64,000 nucleotides of DNA, taken from Candidatus Bathyarchaeota archaeon. Lineage in GTDB: Archaea; Thermoproteota; Bathyarchaeia; Bathyarchaeales; Bathycorpusculaceae. Location: positions 352,001 through 416,000 of the forward strand of contig CAWFFH010000003.1 in assembly GCA_963815095.1 (NCBI GenBank), read 5' to 3'. Shown one piece after another: positions 49,402 to 59,586 of this stretch. The notes below the pieces were generated by a model. The model was not told where the DNA came from, did not search any database, and saw only the letters and a list, made by a program, of their open reading frames with translations. The position numbers and the translations under genes were made by a program. Position 1 is the first letter of the stretch, and every line of letters starts with the position of its first letter.

Positions 49402-49776
49402 TTAAGATAATGGTTGACCAGAGACTGGACTTAGGTCTTCTTGCAGCTTTGTCTGTGCTTCTTTGACTTGGCTGCGTATGCGTTCTTCTTGTCGCGCCAT
49501 AACTGTGCTTCTTGTGTCCAAAAGAGATTTGCGCTCGGCTAGTTCCTCGTTAACTTTTGTTTTTTCTGCCTTAACTAAAAGTGAACCGATAGCCTTGTAG
49601 ATGACTGCATCGTCTGCCGTTTTTTGCAGTTCAGCCATCGTTTGATCAACTTCTGTTTTTTCCATTTCAACTTGTTGTTTCTGCGCTAAGATTGATTGAA
49701 GAGTCTGTTGCAGTTGCTGTAATCTGAGAAGTCTTTCTTGAACGTTAGGCGGTAACTTTGAAATATCGTCACTCAA
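49402..49776 (-). CDS. pfdB: Prefoldin beta subunit
   Basis: LPP.VQ..LQQLQQ, IYKAIGSLLVK, coiled coils. Confidence 0.95.
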   Translation of the reverse strand: MSDDISKLPPNVQERLLRLQQLQQTLQSILAQKQQVEMEKTEVDQTMAELQKTADDAVIYKAIGSLLVKAEKTKVNEELAERKSLLDTRSTVMARQEERIRSQVKEAQTKLQEDLSPVSGQPLS

Positions 49777-49854
49777 ATTTCATACTTCCGTACCAGCAAT
49801 AAGATAAGCTCTTAATTAAGCATTTCCAACCCATAGCGGGGTTAGTTGGAGGCT

Positions 49855-51153
49855 TTAAGGGGTTGTTGAATTCCAGTAGTATATGTGCTGGTAATTGCCT
49901 GAAGTTACTGGGAAAATGGGGTCTTCGTAGACAATGTCGAGATTGATACCGTAGTAGGATACGAGTTTGCTTGTGATAACCGCGACTGTTTGGGTTCGGT
50001 TGTCGGTTAGCCAGAAACCCCAAATGGTATCGTTGGGGTTACGCAGACCCCACCCAAAGTTTCTAGGCAAAACCAATGCGGCATCGGGTCCGCTTGAATC
50101 GGCAATTTGTTTGGTTGTTATTTCTGTCCAGAATCTTTCAATTGCATTAAGTTGGTCGTTGGTGAGGGTTCCATATGCGCCTTCATCATAGGGGTAATTG
50201 AAGACAGATATGTATTTGGCTCCTGCTTCATAGGACTCAAGCATTTGATTGTAGATATTTTGTCCGCTGTCAAGGTATGGGGGTTCATCGTACTTCCAAG
50301 TAATTATTGCGCCCCACTCTTTATTTTGCAGTCGCGCTGCACCCTTAACTAAATCAATTTGCTCAGCTACACTAACGTTCCAGCCAAGTTCCGCAAATAG
50401 CACATTGTATCCACCCATGTAATCCCACCAGTACAAGCCATAATCGGAGGTGAAAGATGTAATATTGGAGAAGGAGAGATTTTGAATTCCGGGATCTCCC
50501 ATGATGACGTTTTGGATAAAGAAGTTGGCTTCTAAATCGTAATCGTCAGGTGATAGTTTAGTTCCGTTGTTGATGTAATCGAGTAATTTTTGGCGTATCT
50601 CCCATAATGATTTGGCAGCAGGAAAGTCAACTTGGCTAAGGTTTTCTCCGACATATTCGTAGAATCGTCGCCAAGAGGCGTCAAGTTGAATTCCGCCAGG
50701 TTCATCGTTGTAATAGATGCCTAAGAATTTGGTTCCCCACATTTGGGTCCAACGTTGTTTTATAGGGTCAAGTGAAGGTTGATTCCAAAACCAACCCCAC
50801 GATGAAGAGTTACTTTGGTCTTTAATTCCCACATTCACAATAACGCTTAAATTCCGAGCAACAGCGTAATCGCAGATTTCCTCCACTTTTGATTGGTTTG
50901 CACTTATGGGGTTTCTGCCAACATCCAAAATGAATAGGTTCGTGTAAGTTTTTACTTTATCTATAAGCACTTTGGCTTGGTCGGTGGTGTTTCCAGCAAA
51001 AGCAATGCCCACGTAGGCGTTGGGGTCGGCTTTAGTTTGGGTGACTTTGCCCGGAATTGACAAGTAAACCGCGAACATCGAGACGGCTAAAATCACTATC
51101 AGGAAGGCGGGAACTAAAAATTTTCGAACCCGATTAGAGCCGCTCATGCTCAA
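49855..51153 (-). CDS. Membrane-anchored secreted protein, possible glycoside-hydrolase-like barrel
   Basis: N-terminal TM; Trp/Tyr-rich; GIYYNDEPGG and FAELGWN segments. Confidence 0.6.
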   Translation of the reverse strand: MSMSGSNRVRKFLVPAFLIVILAVSMFAVYLSIPGKVTQTKADPNAYVGIAFAGNTTDQAKVLIDKVKTYTNLFILDVGRNPISANQSKVEEICDYAVARNLSVIVNVGIKDQSNSSSWGWFWNQPSLDPIKQRWTQMWGTKFLGIYYNDEPGGIQLDASWRRFYEYVGENLSQVDFPAAKSLWEIRQKLLDYINNGTKLSPDDYDLEANFFIQNVIMGDPGIQNLSFSNITSFTSDYGLYWWDYMGGYNVLFAELGWNVSVAEQIDLVKGAARLQNKEWGAIITWKYDEPPYLDSGQNIYNQMLESYEAGAKYISVFNYPYDEGAYGTLTNDQLNAIERFWTEITTKQIADSSGPDAALVLPRNFGWGLRNPNDTIWGFWLTDNRTQTVAVITSKLVSYYGINLDIVYEDPIFPVTSGNYQHIYYWNSTTP

Positions 51154-51289
51154 GCCTTACTATACCATATGTGTTTATCCATCCTTAATGCTTTGCCCCA
51201 AATCAACCACATCGAATTTGGCTGGGAACTTTGTGAAGTCTTTTTAAGCATCCAAACATTAACCACAACACAACAAGAGGCGAAGACAA

Positions 51290-51661
51290 GTGGAACGTGC
51301 CAAAGTAGTAAAAGAAGAACTGCAAGAACGCGACATTCATTTTCTTGCGGTTTATGTGGAAGCCAAAAATTCCATCATGATAATGCTTAGCGAGAAAGAG
51401 GACAAACTTGGCACGTTGGCAATTGCTGTTCCTAAACCCAAAGACCTCTTGGGCTCAGTAACCTCATCGGTGCTGCTGGGGGATAAGAACGTGATTTCTG
51501 CGCGGATGTTTGCAGAGTATGTGGCATCCAAAAAGGGCAAAATCGCCATGGTCTCTGTTTACTTGGAGACATTAACTGAGTTGCAGGCGCAATCGTTCTT
51601 TATGCATTTGATTGATAAATTGATTAAAAGTGAAGCCCAAAAAGAGCCAACAGCAATCTAA
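51290..51661 (+). CDS. Proteasome assembly chaperone 4 (PAC4/PSMG4)-like protein
   Basis: NSIMIML..LGTLAIAVP..SSVLLGD..AEYVASKKGKIAMVSVYL parallels recalled human PSMG4 (DSLFLWV..LRNLAVAM..STSLLGD..AQRLARKTNKQVFVSYNL). Confidence 0.68.
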   Translation: MERAKVVKEELQERDIHFLAVYVEAKNSIMIMLSEKEDKLGTLAIAVPKPKDLLGSVTSSVLLGDKNVISARMFAEYVASKKGKIAMVSVYLETLTELQAQSFFMHLIDKLIKSEAQKEPTAI

Positions 51662-51673
51662 GTTTCGGCAAAT

Positions 51674-52180
51674 GTGACGCCCTCAATGATTTGTAAATTA
51701 ACCAGCACTGACTTCCAAGCCATCCTAAATGTAGTCAACGACTCTGCCATTGCATACAAAAGCAAAATTCCCGCTGACAGATGGAAAGAACCCTACATGC
51801 CTACCCAAGAATTAGAAGAAGAAATTCGAAACGGGGTTCAATTCTACGGCTTCATCGAAAACAACGCTTTAATCGCAGTTATGGGAATTCAACCTGTCAA
51901 CGACGTTACTCTAATCAGGCACGCATACACTCTAACGAGTCACCAGCGGAAAGGAGCTGGAGAAAAACTCCTAAATCATCTACTAACTTTGGCTAAAACG
52001 GATAAGATTCTGGTGGGCACGTGGGAAACAGCGCCCTGGGCAATAAAATTCTACCAAAAACACGGGTTTAGTTTGCTTTCGAGGCTAGAAACAAATAAGC
52101 TGCTAAAGAAATACTGGAACATACCCGAGCGACAAGTTGAAACCTCAATTGTACTTGAACTTAAAAGGCAACAAAGATGA
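51674..52180 (+). CDS. GNAT acetyltransferase
   Basis: LIRHAY..QRKGAG, AIKFYQKHGF. Confidence 0.9.
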   Translation: MTPSMICKLTSTDFQAILNVVNDSAIAYKSKIPADRWKEPYMPTQELEEEIRNGVQFYGFIENNALIAVMGIQPVNDVTLIRHAYTLTSHQRKGAGEKLLNHLLTLAKTDKILVGTWETAPWAIKFYQKHGFSLLSRLETNKLLKKYWNIPERQVETSIVLELKRQQR

Positions 52181-53238
52181 AAACACTCTTCCTAAAAGTT
52201 GACGCGGAAAACCCTGATGTAGCAATAATCCAGAAAGCAGCAGACATTATCAAGAAAGGCGGTCTAGTTGCGTTTCCAACGGAAACTGTTTACGGTTTAG
52301 GTGCAGATGCACTTAACTCGACGGCTGTGTTAGCGTTGTTTGAGGCTAAGAAGCGTCCTTTTGATAATCCCCCAATCGTCCATGTCGCGGACATAAGAGA
52401 AGTGTACAGGCTAGTTACTGAGGTGCCTCCAAAAGCCGAATTGTTGATGGAAAAGTTTTGGCCTGGACCCTTAACTCTCATCTTTAAACACTCAAACATT
52501 GTTCCAAACGAAACGGTTGCAGGTTTAGACACCATAGCAATCCGCATGCCCAATCACAAAGTCGCCCTCGAACTTATCAAGCAAAGCCACCGACCCATCG
52601 CAGCGCCAAGTGCAAACCTCGCAGGCAAACCCAGTCCAACTACCGCTCAACATGTCTACGAAGACCTAAACGGCAGAATAGACGCAATAATCGATGGCGG
52701 CTCAACTAACATCGGTGTAGAATCCACCGTAGTTGACTTGACAGTTGACCCGCCTATGCTTCTTCGTCCTGGAGGCACACCTTTTGAGACGTTAAAGAAA
52801 GTTATCGGCGACATGAAACTTCACGCTTTCGTGCAAGCAGAACAGGAACTATCATTGAAAGACATTCTCTCGCCAGGAATGAAACATAAGCATTACGCGC
52901 CAAAAGCCCAAGTTATCCTTGTCGAAGGAAACGTTCCAGCAGTTATTGCCAAAGTCAACAAATTAGAGGAATCTTACAGAGTTAAGGGCAAAAAAGTAGG
53001 CATCCTCGCCACCGACGAAACACAAACCACCTACCATGCAGACATAGTTAAATCGCTTGGTAGCCGTGCAAATCTAGCAGTCGTCGCTCAAAATCTATTT
53101 CGTCTGCTGCGGGAAGTTGATGCAGAAAATGTTGATGTTATAATTGCTGAGGGTGTAAGTTTTGAGGGGCTTGGTTTGGCTGTTATGAATAGGCTTCGGA
53201 AAGCGTCGGGATACCATATTGTCAAAGCTGAAGAATAA
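52177..53238 (+). CDS. sua5: Threonylcarbamoyl-AMP synthase Sua5
   Basis: FPTETVYGLG, KKRP.DNP, PSANL, SPGMKHKHYAP, AVMNRL. Confidence 0.96.
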   Translation: MKTLFLKVDAENPDVAIIQKAADIIKKGGLVAFPTETVYGLGADALNSTAVLALFEAKKRPFDNPPIVHVADIREVYRLVTEVPPKAELLMEKFWPGPLTLIFKHSNIVPNETVAGLDTIAIRMPNHKVALELIKQSHRPIAAPSANLAGKPSPTTAQHVYEDLNGRIDAIIDGGSTNIGVESTVVDLTVDPPMLLRPGGTPFETLKKVIGDMKLHAFVQAEQELSLKDILSPGMKHKHYAPKAQVILVEGNVPAVIAKVNKLEESYRVKGKKVGILATDETQTTYHADIVKSLGSRANLAVVAQNLFRLLREVDAENVDVIIAEGVSFEGLGLAVMNRLRKASGYHIVKAEE

Positions 53239-53333
53239 TTAATGAGCTTTTGAAAGTGACAAAAAGGAGACTGGAAGGTAACTTTTCCAGGTTTGCTGGG
53301 GTTAATTAGCCAATTTGTGGCTTAGGCTCTGGG

Positions 53334-53345
53334 AAAAATTTATAT
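53334..53345 (+). promoter_or_regulatory. BRE/TATA of the second thermosome gene
   Basis: aaaaaTTTATAT about 55-65 nt upstream of the start codon. Confidence 0.55.
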
Positions 53346-53398
53346 CTAAATGTTTGATTTGTTCCGTTTAGAATCTAATAACTTAAACATAGGAATAT

Positions 53399-55087
53399 TT
53401 GGTGAAAAACATGTCTCAAGGTGGAGGAAACATTCCGATTCTTGTATTAAAAGAAGGCACAGGCCGCTCAAGTGGCCGCGAAGCACAAAAAAACAACATT
53501 ATGGCTGCAAAGATGGTAGCTGAAGCAGTAAAATCAACGCTCGGTCCATGCGGTATGGATAAAATGCTCGTAAGCAGCATGGGAGACGTTGCAATAACTA
53601 ACGACGGCGCAACCATAATGAAGGAACTTGACGTTCAGCATCCAGCAGCAAAAATGCTCGTTGAAGTTGCAAAAGCTCAAGACAATGAAGTAGGCGATGG
53701 AACAACAACCGCAGTCATCTTAGCAGGTGAACTGCTTGCTAAAGCTGAAAGTTTACTTGACAAAAACGTGCACCCAACAGTGATAATTGAGGGTTACAAA
53801 AAGGCTAGTGAAGAAGCCCAGAAAATTTTGGACAAAATCGCAATACCCGTTGCATTTGAAGATGAAAAAACATTGCGGGATGTTGCAATCACATCGATAT
53901 CCAGCAAAAGCATCAACGTTGCCGAAGATCATTTTGCAAAAATAATTGTTGAAGCCGTAAAGCAAGTCTCAGAAAAAGTAGACAAAAAATACGTCGCAGA
54001 CATCGACCTGATAAAAGTAGTTAAGAAACACGGTCAAAGCCTCGACGAAACAGAACTTGTCAAAGGCATGGTCTTAGACAAGGAAGTTGCAAGTTCAGGT
54101 ATGCCAAAAATCATCGACGGCGCAAAAATTGCCCTCTTAAACGCTAAACTTGAAATTGAAAAAACAGAGTTCGACGCTAAAATTAACATTGAAAGCCCAG
54201 ATCAAATGAAAATGTTCCTTGACGAAGAAGAACGCATGCTAAAAGACATGGTTACCTCAATTACCAAGTCAGGTGCAAACGTTATATTCACTGAGAAAGG
54301 CATCGACGACATGGTACTGCACTTCTTAAGCAAAGCAGGCGTTTTGGCAGTTAAGAGCGTAAGTAGCAGCGACATGGAAAAACTCTCCCGTGCCACAGGC
54401 GGAAGTATTGGTGCAAGCGTAAAAGATTTGACCCCTGACGCATTGGGCAAAGCTAAACGAGTAGAAGAAGTCAAAATTGGCGACGACAAACTAATCTACA
54501 TCCGCGACTGCAAGAACCCAAAAGCAGTAACCATCGTTATCCGAGGCGCATCCAAAAACGTAATCGACGAAGCAGAACGCAGCCTACACGACGGATTATG
54601 CGTTGTACGTAACGCAATTGAAGATGGCAAAATTGTTGCAGGCGGCGGCGCACCCGAAGCAGAACTCTCAAAGAACCTACGTGCTTTCGCCGTGAAAGTT
54701 GGCGGACGCGAACAACTCGCCGTTGAAGCCTTCGCAGACGCAATCGAAGAAATCCCCCTAACACTCGCAGAGAACGCAGGCTTAGACCCCATAGACATCA
54801 TGGTAGCACTCCGCGCACAACACGAGAAACCAAACAGCCAAACATTCGGCATTGACGTAACCACAGGCAAAATCATTGACATGTGCAAACAAATGATTAT
54901 CGAACCGCTACGAGTAAAGCAGCAAGTTATAAAATCCGCAACCGAAGCCACAAACATGATACTGAAAATCGACGATCTAATCAGCATTAAAGGCGGCAGC
55001 AGCAAGATGCCACAGATGCCCCCAGGAATGGGCGGTATGGGTGGCATGGGTGGAATGGGCGGCGGTATGGGCGGAATGCCCTACTAA
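53399..55087 (+). CDS. ths: Thermosome subunit, second paralog
   Basis: [23 protein letters not shown]; GGM-repeat tail; start may be the ATG at 53411. Confidence 0.97.
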   Translation: MVKNMSQGGGNIPILVLKEGTGRSSGREAQKNNIMAAKMVAEAVKSTLGPCGMDKMLVSSMGDVAITNDGATIMKELDVQHPAAKMLVEVAKAQDNEVGDGTTTAVILAGELLAKAESLLDKNVHPTVIIEGYKKASEEAQKILDKIAIPVAFEDEKTLRDVAITSISSKSINVAEDHFAKIIVEAVKQVSEKVDKKYVADIDLIKVVKKHGQSLDETELVKGMVLDKEVASSGMPKIIDGAKIALLNAKLEIEKTEFDAKINIESPDQMKMFLDEEERMLKDMVTSITKSGANVIFTEKGIDDMVLHFLSKAGVLAVKSVSSSDMEKLSRATGGSIGASVKDLTPDALGKAKRVEEVKIGDDKLIYIRDCKNPKAVTIVIRGASKNVIDEAERSLHDGLCVVRNAIEDGKIVAGGGAPEAELSKNLRAFAVKVGGREQLAVEAFADAIEEIPLTLAENAGLDPIDIMVALRAQHEKPNSQTFGIDVTTGKIIDMCKQMIIEPLRVKQQVIKSATEATNMILKIDDLISIKGGSSKMPQMPPGMGGMGGMGGMGGGMGGMPY

Positions 55088-55097
55088 GCATCCCAAG

Positions 55098-55150
55098 CTT
55101 TCCTTTTCTTTTATTTTAATTTTAAATCAAATTTGTGTTTTTTCGTTTCT
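55098..55150 (+). terminator. T-rich archaeal terminator
   Basis: Runs such as tttccttttcttttatttt immediately after the stop codon. Confidence 0.55.
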
Positions 55151-55227
55151 TGTTTTTTCGAACTCTTTTTTAGTGTAAACTTATATTCTGAATCACCAGA
55201 ATTATTCGGTGCCTTGGAGACCCCATT

Positions 55228-55953
55228 ATGAAGCACGTAAAGATTTCAGCCTTTGATTGCCCTGATGCATGGTTCAAAGCGTTAAGCGCAATTTGGAAAG
55301 AAGGCGATGTTTTCAGAGTGGGTTTTGGCTCCGAAGAGACTGAAACTAGAAAGCTGAATCTTACAATCGAAATAACAAATCCAGAAAATCGTCCACTTGT
55401 TAGCGATAAAGCGCCTTGCGATTTCAAGTATGTACAAGGATATGCGTTGGAGTATTTGTGGTGTGGAGAAAAACAAGAAGATGAAACCTACACATACGGT
55501 AGTCGGCTGAATCAGCCCGTTAACCAAGTTGAAGAAGCCATTAAAAGGTACATAGAAGAGCAAAGAGACAGACAGGTTACGATGGTTATTAGGCTTCCAA
55601 GTGACATAAAGAAATTCGATGAGAACCACAAAAAAAGTGAGCCGCCCTGCTTAAGTCTGATTGATACAGAGATTCTTGATAACCAAATGCATTTTACATG
55701 CTATTTTCGAAGTTGGGATGCTTATGGGGGTTTACCCGCTAACATTGCTGGCTTGCAACTTTTTAATGAAGCCTTCGTGAACGAAATAAACGAGCGCGGC
55801 AACCTTTCTTTGAAAACTGGCAAACTAGTTTTCCACTCAAAAAACTGCCATATCTATCAAAGACAATATAACCTTGTCAAGGAACTTTTGGAGCCCAAAG
55901 ACAGCGCCAAAAGAATGGCTAAGACACTTAAGCAAGCAGATCGAGAAAGCTAA
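55228..55953 (+). CDS. thyA: Archaeal-type thymidylate synthase
   Basis: YTYG.RL, PPCL, FRSWD..G.PAN, HIY. Confidence 0.85.
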   Translation: MKHVKISAFDCPDAWFKALSAIWKEGDVFRVGFGSEETETRKLNLTIEITNPENRPLVSDKAPCDFKYVQGYALEYLWCGEKQEDETYTYGSRLNQPVNQVEEAIKRYIEEQRDRQVTMVIRLPSDIKKFDENHKKSEPPCLSLIDTEILDNQMHFTCYFRSWDAYGGLPANIAGLQLFNEAFVNEINERGNLSLKTGKLVFHSKNCHIYQRQYNLVKELLEPKDSAKRMAKTLKQADRES

Positions 55954-57326
55954 TTTTCCTTTTTTGTTGGATAGCCAAGGTTTGTCCACGCTGTTGTTCC
56001 GCCGAGTACGTTGCTGATGTTTTTGAAGCCTTTTTGTTCCAGTACGCTTGCAGCTATGCTGGAGCGGTTCCCAACCGAACACGTAACTACAATTGGCTTA
56101 TTTTTTGGGAGCGCATCGGTTTTTTCTGGCAGGTCAGCGAAGAATAGACGTTCTGATTTTTCGATGTATCCTTCGTCTTTCCATTCGCTTGGTTCTCGGA
56201 CGTCCAAAAGCAGAACTTCCTGTTTAGCCAGTTTGTCTTTGAGTTCCATAACCGACATCGTGCCAAAACTGCTGATGGGTTTGCCCGCTTCCTGCCACTG
56301 GTTCATTCCGCCGCAAAGGAACCCGCACATGTTATCAAAACCCAACCGCCTCAGCCGCGGAGCCACAATGTCTATGTCATTTGGGCGTTCATGCACAAAT
56401 ATGATATATTGGTTGATCTCGAGGAGCCAGCCGGGGTAGACGCTGGTTCCACCAATCCACATGCTGAGTGAAATGGGGATGTGGGAGCCTGCGAAAGCAT
56501 AAGGCAAGCGTGTGTCTAAAATTAGCATGTTTTGTTCTTGCATTTCTTCTTCAAATTCAGATAGGGATAGAGGTCTAGGATAAGATAGCTCACTTAGCAA
56601 GGGTGGACCGTTCATGTTGAGTTCCTCCATCTTTTTGAAGTAACGGGGCACCACCAATTCTTCAGAGATCACTTTTTTGATGAATTCTTCAATGCTCAGT
56701 TTTAGATACGGATTAGTTTTCCTTTCATATCCTATTGTGGTTGGTTCCTGACCGCTGATACCATGTCCGCATACACTACCGGCACCATGCCCAGGATAGA
56801 CAAGAATGTGGTCGCTTAAGGTCAGCAATTTTTCATGAAGACTACCGTACAATTTCTCGGCTTGTTTTTGTTGGATAGGTTTGCCGTAGAGGTCGGTTCT
56901 TCCCACTGAACCGGCGAAGAGAGTGTCACCAGTAAAAACCATTAGCGGCTCAGAGTTCTCAGGCGGAAAAACCAAGTAACTTAAAGATTCGTTTGTGTGC
57001 CCAGGCGTGTTTAAGGATTTGATTTTGGTATCGCCAACGTTTAAGGTGTCACCGTCGGTTAGGTTGTGTTCTCCGTACTTGAACGGGAGGGCGCTGCTGT
57101 GGGCGATTTCCGCTTCCGTTATGTTTTGCAGTTCCAAAGAGCCCACCAAAAAGTCTTCGTTTCGGTGCGTTTCCAAAATGTACTTGATTTTTGCGCATTC
57201 TTCTTTTGCGAGATGAATGTAGATGTCGCAGTCTCGACGTGGGTCAATAACGGCGGCTTCGTTTTCGTCTGACAGGAAGTAGCTGTTGTGGGCTAAGCCT
57301 TCGGATTTGATGGTTTGCAACTTCAT
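55950..57326 (-). CDS. MBL-fold hydrolase fused to two rhodanese domains
   Basis: ETHRNEDF, TPGHT, TGDTLF, YPGHG; C-terminal rhodanese CSVGNRS. Confidence 0.9.
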   Translation of the reverse strand: MKLQTIKSEGLAHNSYFLSDENEAAVIDPRRDCDIYIHLAKEECAKIKYILETHRNEDFLVGSLELQNITEAEIAHSSALPFKYGEHNLTDGDTLNVGDTKIKSLNTPGHTNESLSYLVFPPENSEPLMVFTGDTLFAGSVGRTDLYGKPIQQKQAEKLYGSLHEKLLTLSDHILVYPGHGAGSVCGHGISGQEPTTIGYERKTNPYLKLSIEEFIKKVISEELVVPRYFKKMEELNMNGPPLLSELSYPRPLSLSEFEEEMQEQNMLILDTRLPYAFAGSHIPISLSMWIGGTSVYPGWLLEINQYIIFVHERPNDIDIVAPRLRRLGFDNMCGFLCGGMNQWQEAGKPISSFGTMSVMELKDKLAKQEVLLLDVREPSEWKDEGYIEKSERLFFADLPEKTDALPKNKPIVVTCSVGNRSSIAASVLEQKGFKNISNVLGGTTAWTNLGYPTKKEN

Positions 57327-57484
57327 TTTTCATTCCCCAAAAAATTTAGAGTAAAATATTAAAGCAAAGTAACATTTGCTAATAATTACAAGCCGTCTAG
57401 CCGATTTATTCCTTTCCAAAAATTGAATATGCGCTGATAACTCTTTATAGCGCAAAGCTCTAACATTTCAGGTAGGCGTCTGTT

Positions 57485-58006
57485 ATGGGTCACAACATGG
57501 CATCGTGGAAAGTCCTCGAAGGCATGCTTATTGATTTGAAGAAAAAAGGTGTAAATGTCCCAGAAAATATTCTGTCAGACTTGAGATCTGCGAAATCTAT
57601 GATAAAGCTTCATTGTACCCAAGCTAAAGGAGCTGGCGATGCTCTCCAAAAAGCTGAAGAACTAACAGCAAACGTGGAGGCTTACCTTGCAACAGAAGCG
57701 CAGAAGATTTTTGGTCCAGAAAAAGTTGACGCTTGGCTAAGACGCTTAGAAGAAGCCAACGCTGAAGCCTGCGAAGAAACAACACAAGAGAGCAAATTCG
57801 TCACCGGAGTTCCCAGAGACCAAAAATGGGTCCGCGTCGACGCCGTCAACAACCTATCGTCGGAGCGGATCGGTCAAATTGCTTGTGAGCTAAATCTTGA
57901 AATTAAACCTCAAAAAGACGGAAAACTAATCGTTCACGGTCAACAGGAAAACATAAAAGAATTCATCAAAAAAATGACAACCGAAGCCAAAAATAATATG
58001 AAATAA
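57485..58006 (+). CDS. DUF2096-like archaeal protein
   Basis: W.VL..M..DL.KKG, F.TGVPR..KWVR pattern. Confidence 0.7.
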   Translation: MGHNMASWKVLEGMLIDLKKKGVNVPENILSDLRSAKSMIKLHCTQAKGAGDALQKAEELTANVEAYLATEAQKIFGPEKVDAWLRRLEEANAEACEETTQESKFVTGVPRDQKWVRVDAVNNLSSERIGQIACELNLEIKPQKDGKLIVHGQQENIKEFIKKMTTEAKNNMK

Positions 58007-58090
58007 AATGCCCTTAGAAAAGCAAAACATCTCCCCTGCCGAAGAAATTGCCCTCAAATAGTTTTGAGTATATCTCCAAGATATTTTCAA

Positions 58091-59359
58091 TTATTCTGAG
58101 TTAAATGCTTCATCTGCATTTGAAACTAAAAATCCACTGATAACAGACAAAACAAATGAACCAATAAGGATAAGCCATGGATTAGTTAACTCGTACAAAT
58201 CAAGTGAAGATTTAACTCCGACTAAATTTGTAAAAATCAAAACAACCACTGCAAAAATAACAAGTGTTTGGTTTCTCCTAAGAATCGATAATATGCCAGC
58301 CGTCAATCCAAAACCAAACGACATAAAGCAAATTGTTGTTAGGAGTGTCCAATCAAATCCGTGTAGAGTACTGTCTAATCCAACTAGCCCCCAGTAAAGA
58401 CTTATTATAGATGTTATTGCAAGAAGTGCTCCGCCTAAAACAGCAAACCTGTAATTCTTTTGCAATAGGCTATTGTTCGTTGATTTTCTTAACTTAAAAA
58501 TAACGAGCATCGTTCCAACAAAAGCAAACAATAGGCCCAATAGAACTGCATATTCCCATATTGGTTCATTTGCATTGTGGGCAAAACTAAATCCTGTATG
58601 GGTAGTAATCCATCCTTCTTGGGAGACTCCTACATGGACATATGCTGTCGGCAACCAAATAGGTACTTTTGCCTTGAATAGGCCAGTTGAGATTTCTTCA
58701 GCTGTTACACCGTCAATCGTTATCGTCGCATTGTGCACTACCTTAGGTAAGAACGTTTGATGCGAATAAGTAGCCGTTGCTGGCAAGGTTAAGCCATCTT
58801 CTGGAAGCAACAAATAGGTAACGTTCACCGTTACTGTTGCAGTTCCTTGATTCTTGACGTCATAACTTGCCAATGAAACATGAAAACTATCCCACCAAAC
58901 GACCAAAGATTCAGATTGCAAACCAAACAGAGTATTTCCTATCTCAAGAAGACTGGGCTTATACTCTGTGCCATTTTGTGTTACTAATTTGGCGGGTTTA
59001 AAAGTTATAATTTCAGCAATTGAAGAAGAATAATTAAATGAAAAAAGTCCTTCAGTAGTATTAAGATTAAGAGTGGTTATTGTTCCGCTTTTTGAACCTG
59101 AAACTTGAATTGCGACCGTTGCGTTGCTTATGAGCTGACCAGAATCAACTCCATAACTCCATAATGCTTGAAAGGAAACATTCCAAGTACTTCCCACTGG
59201 AGTGTAAAAGGAAGAATTTGACGGTAATGGACTTACACCTACATAATAATTGGATGGTGCTTGGGCAACTGATGTTTCAATAAGGACTGGGAGAACCAGC
59301 GAAAGTGATAACAGGATTATGAAAATCGCCTTAGAAACTACCCCAAGTTCCTTATTCAT
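58091..59359 (-). CDS. Hypothetical membrane protein (signal peptide, beta-rich ectodomain, about 5 C-terminal TMs)
   Basis: 422-aa ORF; hydrophobicity pattern; many N-x-S/T sequons. Confidence 0.7.
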   Translation of the reverse strand: MNKELGVVSKAIFIILLSLSLVLPVLIETSVAQAPSNYYVGVSPLPSNSSFYTPVGSTWNVSFQALWSYGVDSGQLISNATVAIQVSGSKSGTITTLNLNTTEGLFSFNYSSSIAEIITFKPAKLVTQNGTEYKPSLLEIGNTLFGLQSESLVVWWDSFHVSLASYDVKNQGTATVTVNVTYLLLPEDGLTLPATATYSHQTFLPKVVHNATITIDGVTAEEISTGLFKAKVPIWLPTAYVHVGVSQEGWITTHTGFSFAHNANEPIWEYAVLLGLLFAFVGTMLVIFKLRKSTNNSLLQKNYRFAVLGGALLAITSIISLYWGLVGLDSTLHGFDWTLLTTICFMSFGFGLTAGILSILRRNQTLVIFAVVVLIFTNLVGVKSSLDLYELTNPWLILIGSFVLSVISGFLVSNADEAFNSE

Positions 59360-59586
59360 TTTGTCACTCTTCTTGCAGTTAGCGCTGTTTTCCCTTATAA
59401 GACATTAGCTTTCAGGTTTTCATCTTTTGCAAGACGATTGCAACATATTTCGTAGCAAAAGTATGGCAGAATATTTTGTTATTTGGTTAAATAAGCGGGT
59501 TTAAGATTGCCAAGAGTCGACAGAGGTGTTGGCTTGCTGCTTCTTTGTTCGATATGTTTTTTACGGTAAATCGCTAGTGCTTTGTT

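Noticed and set aside
55020-55080. Tandem ggcggtatg-like repeats
   Set aside because: They encode the ordinary GGM tail of a chaperonin and are not a DNA repeat element.
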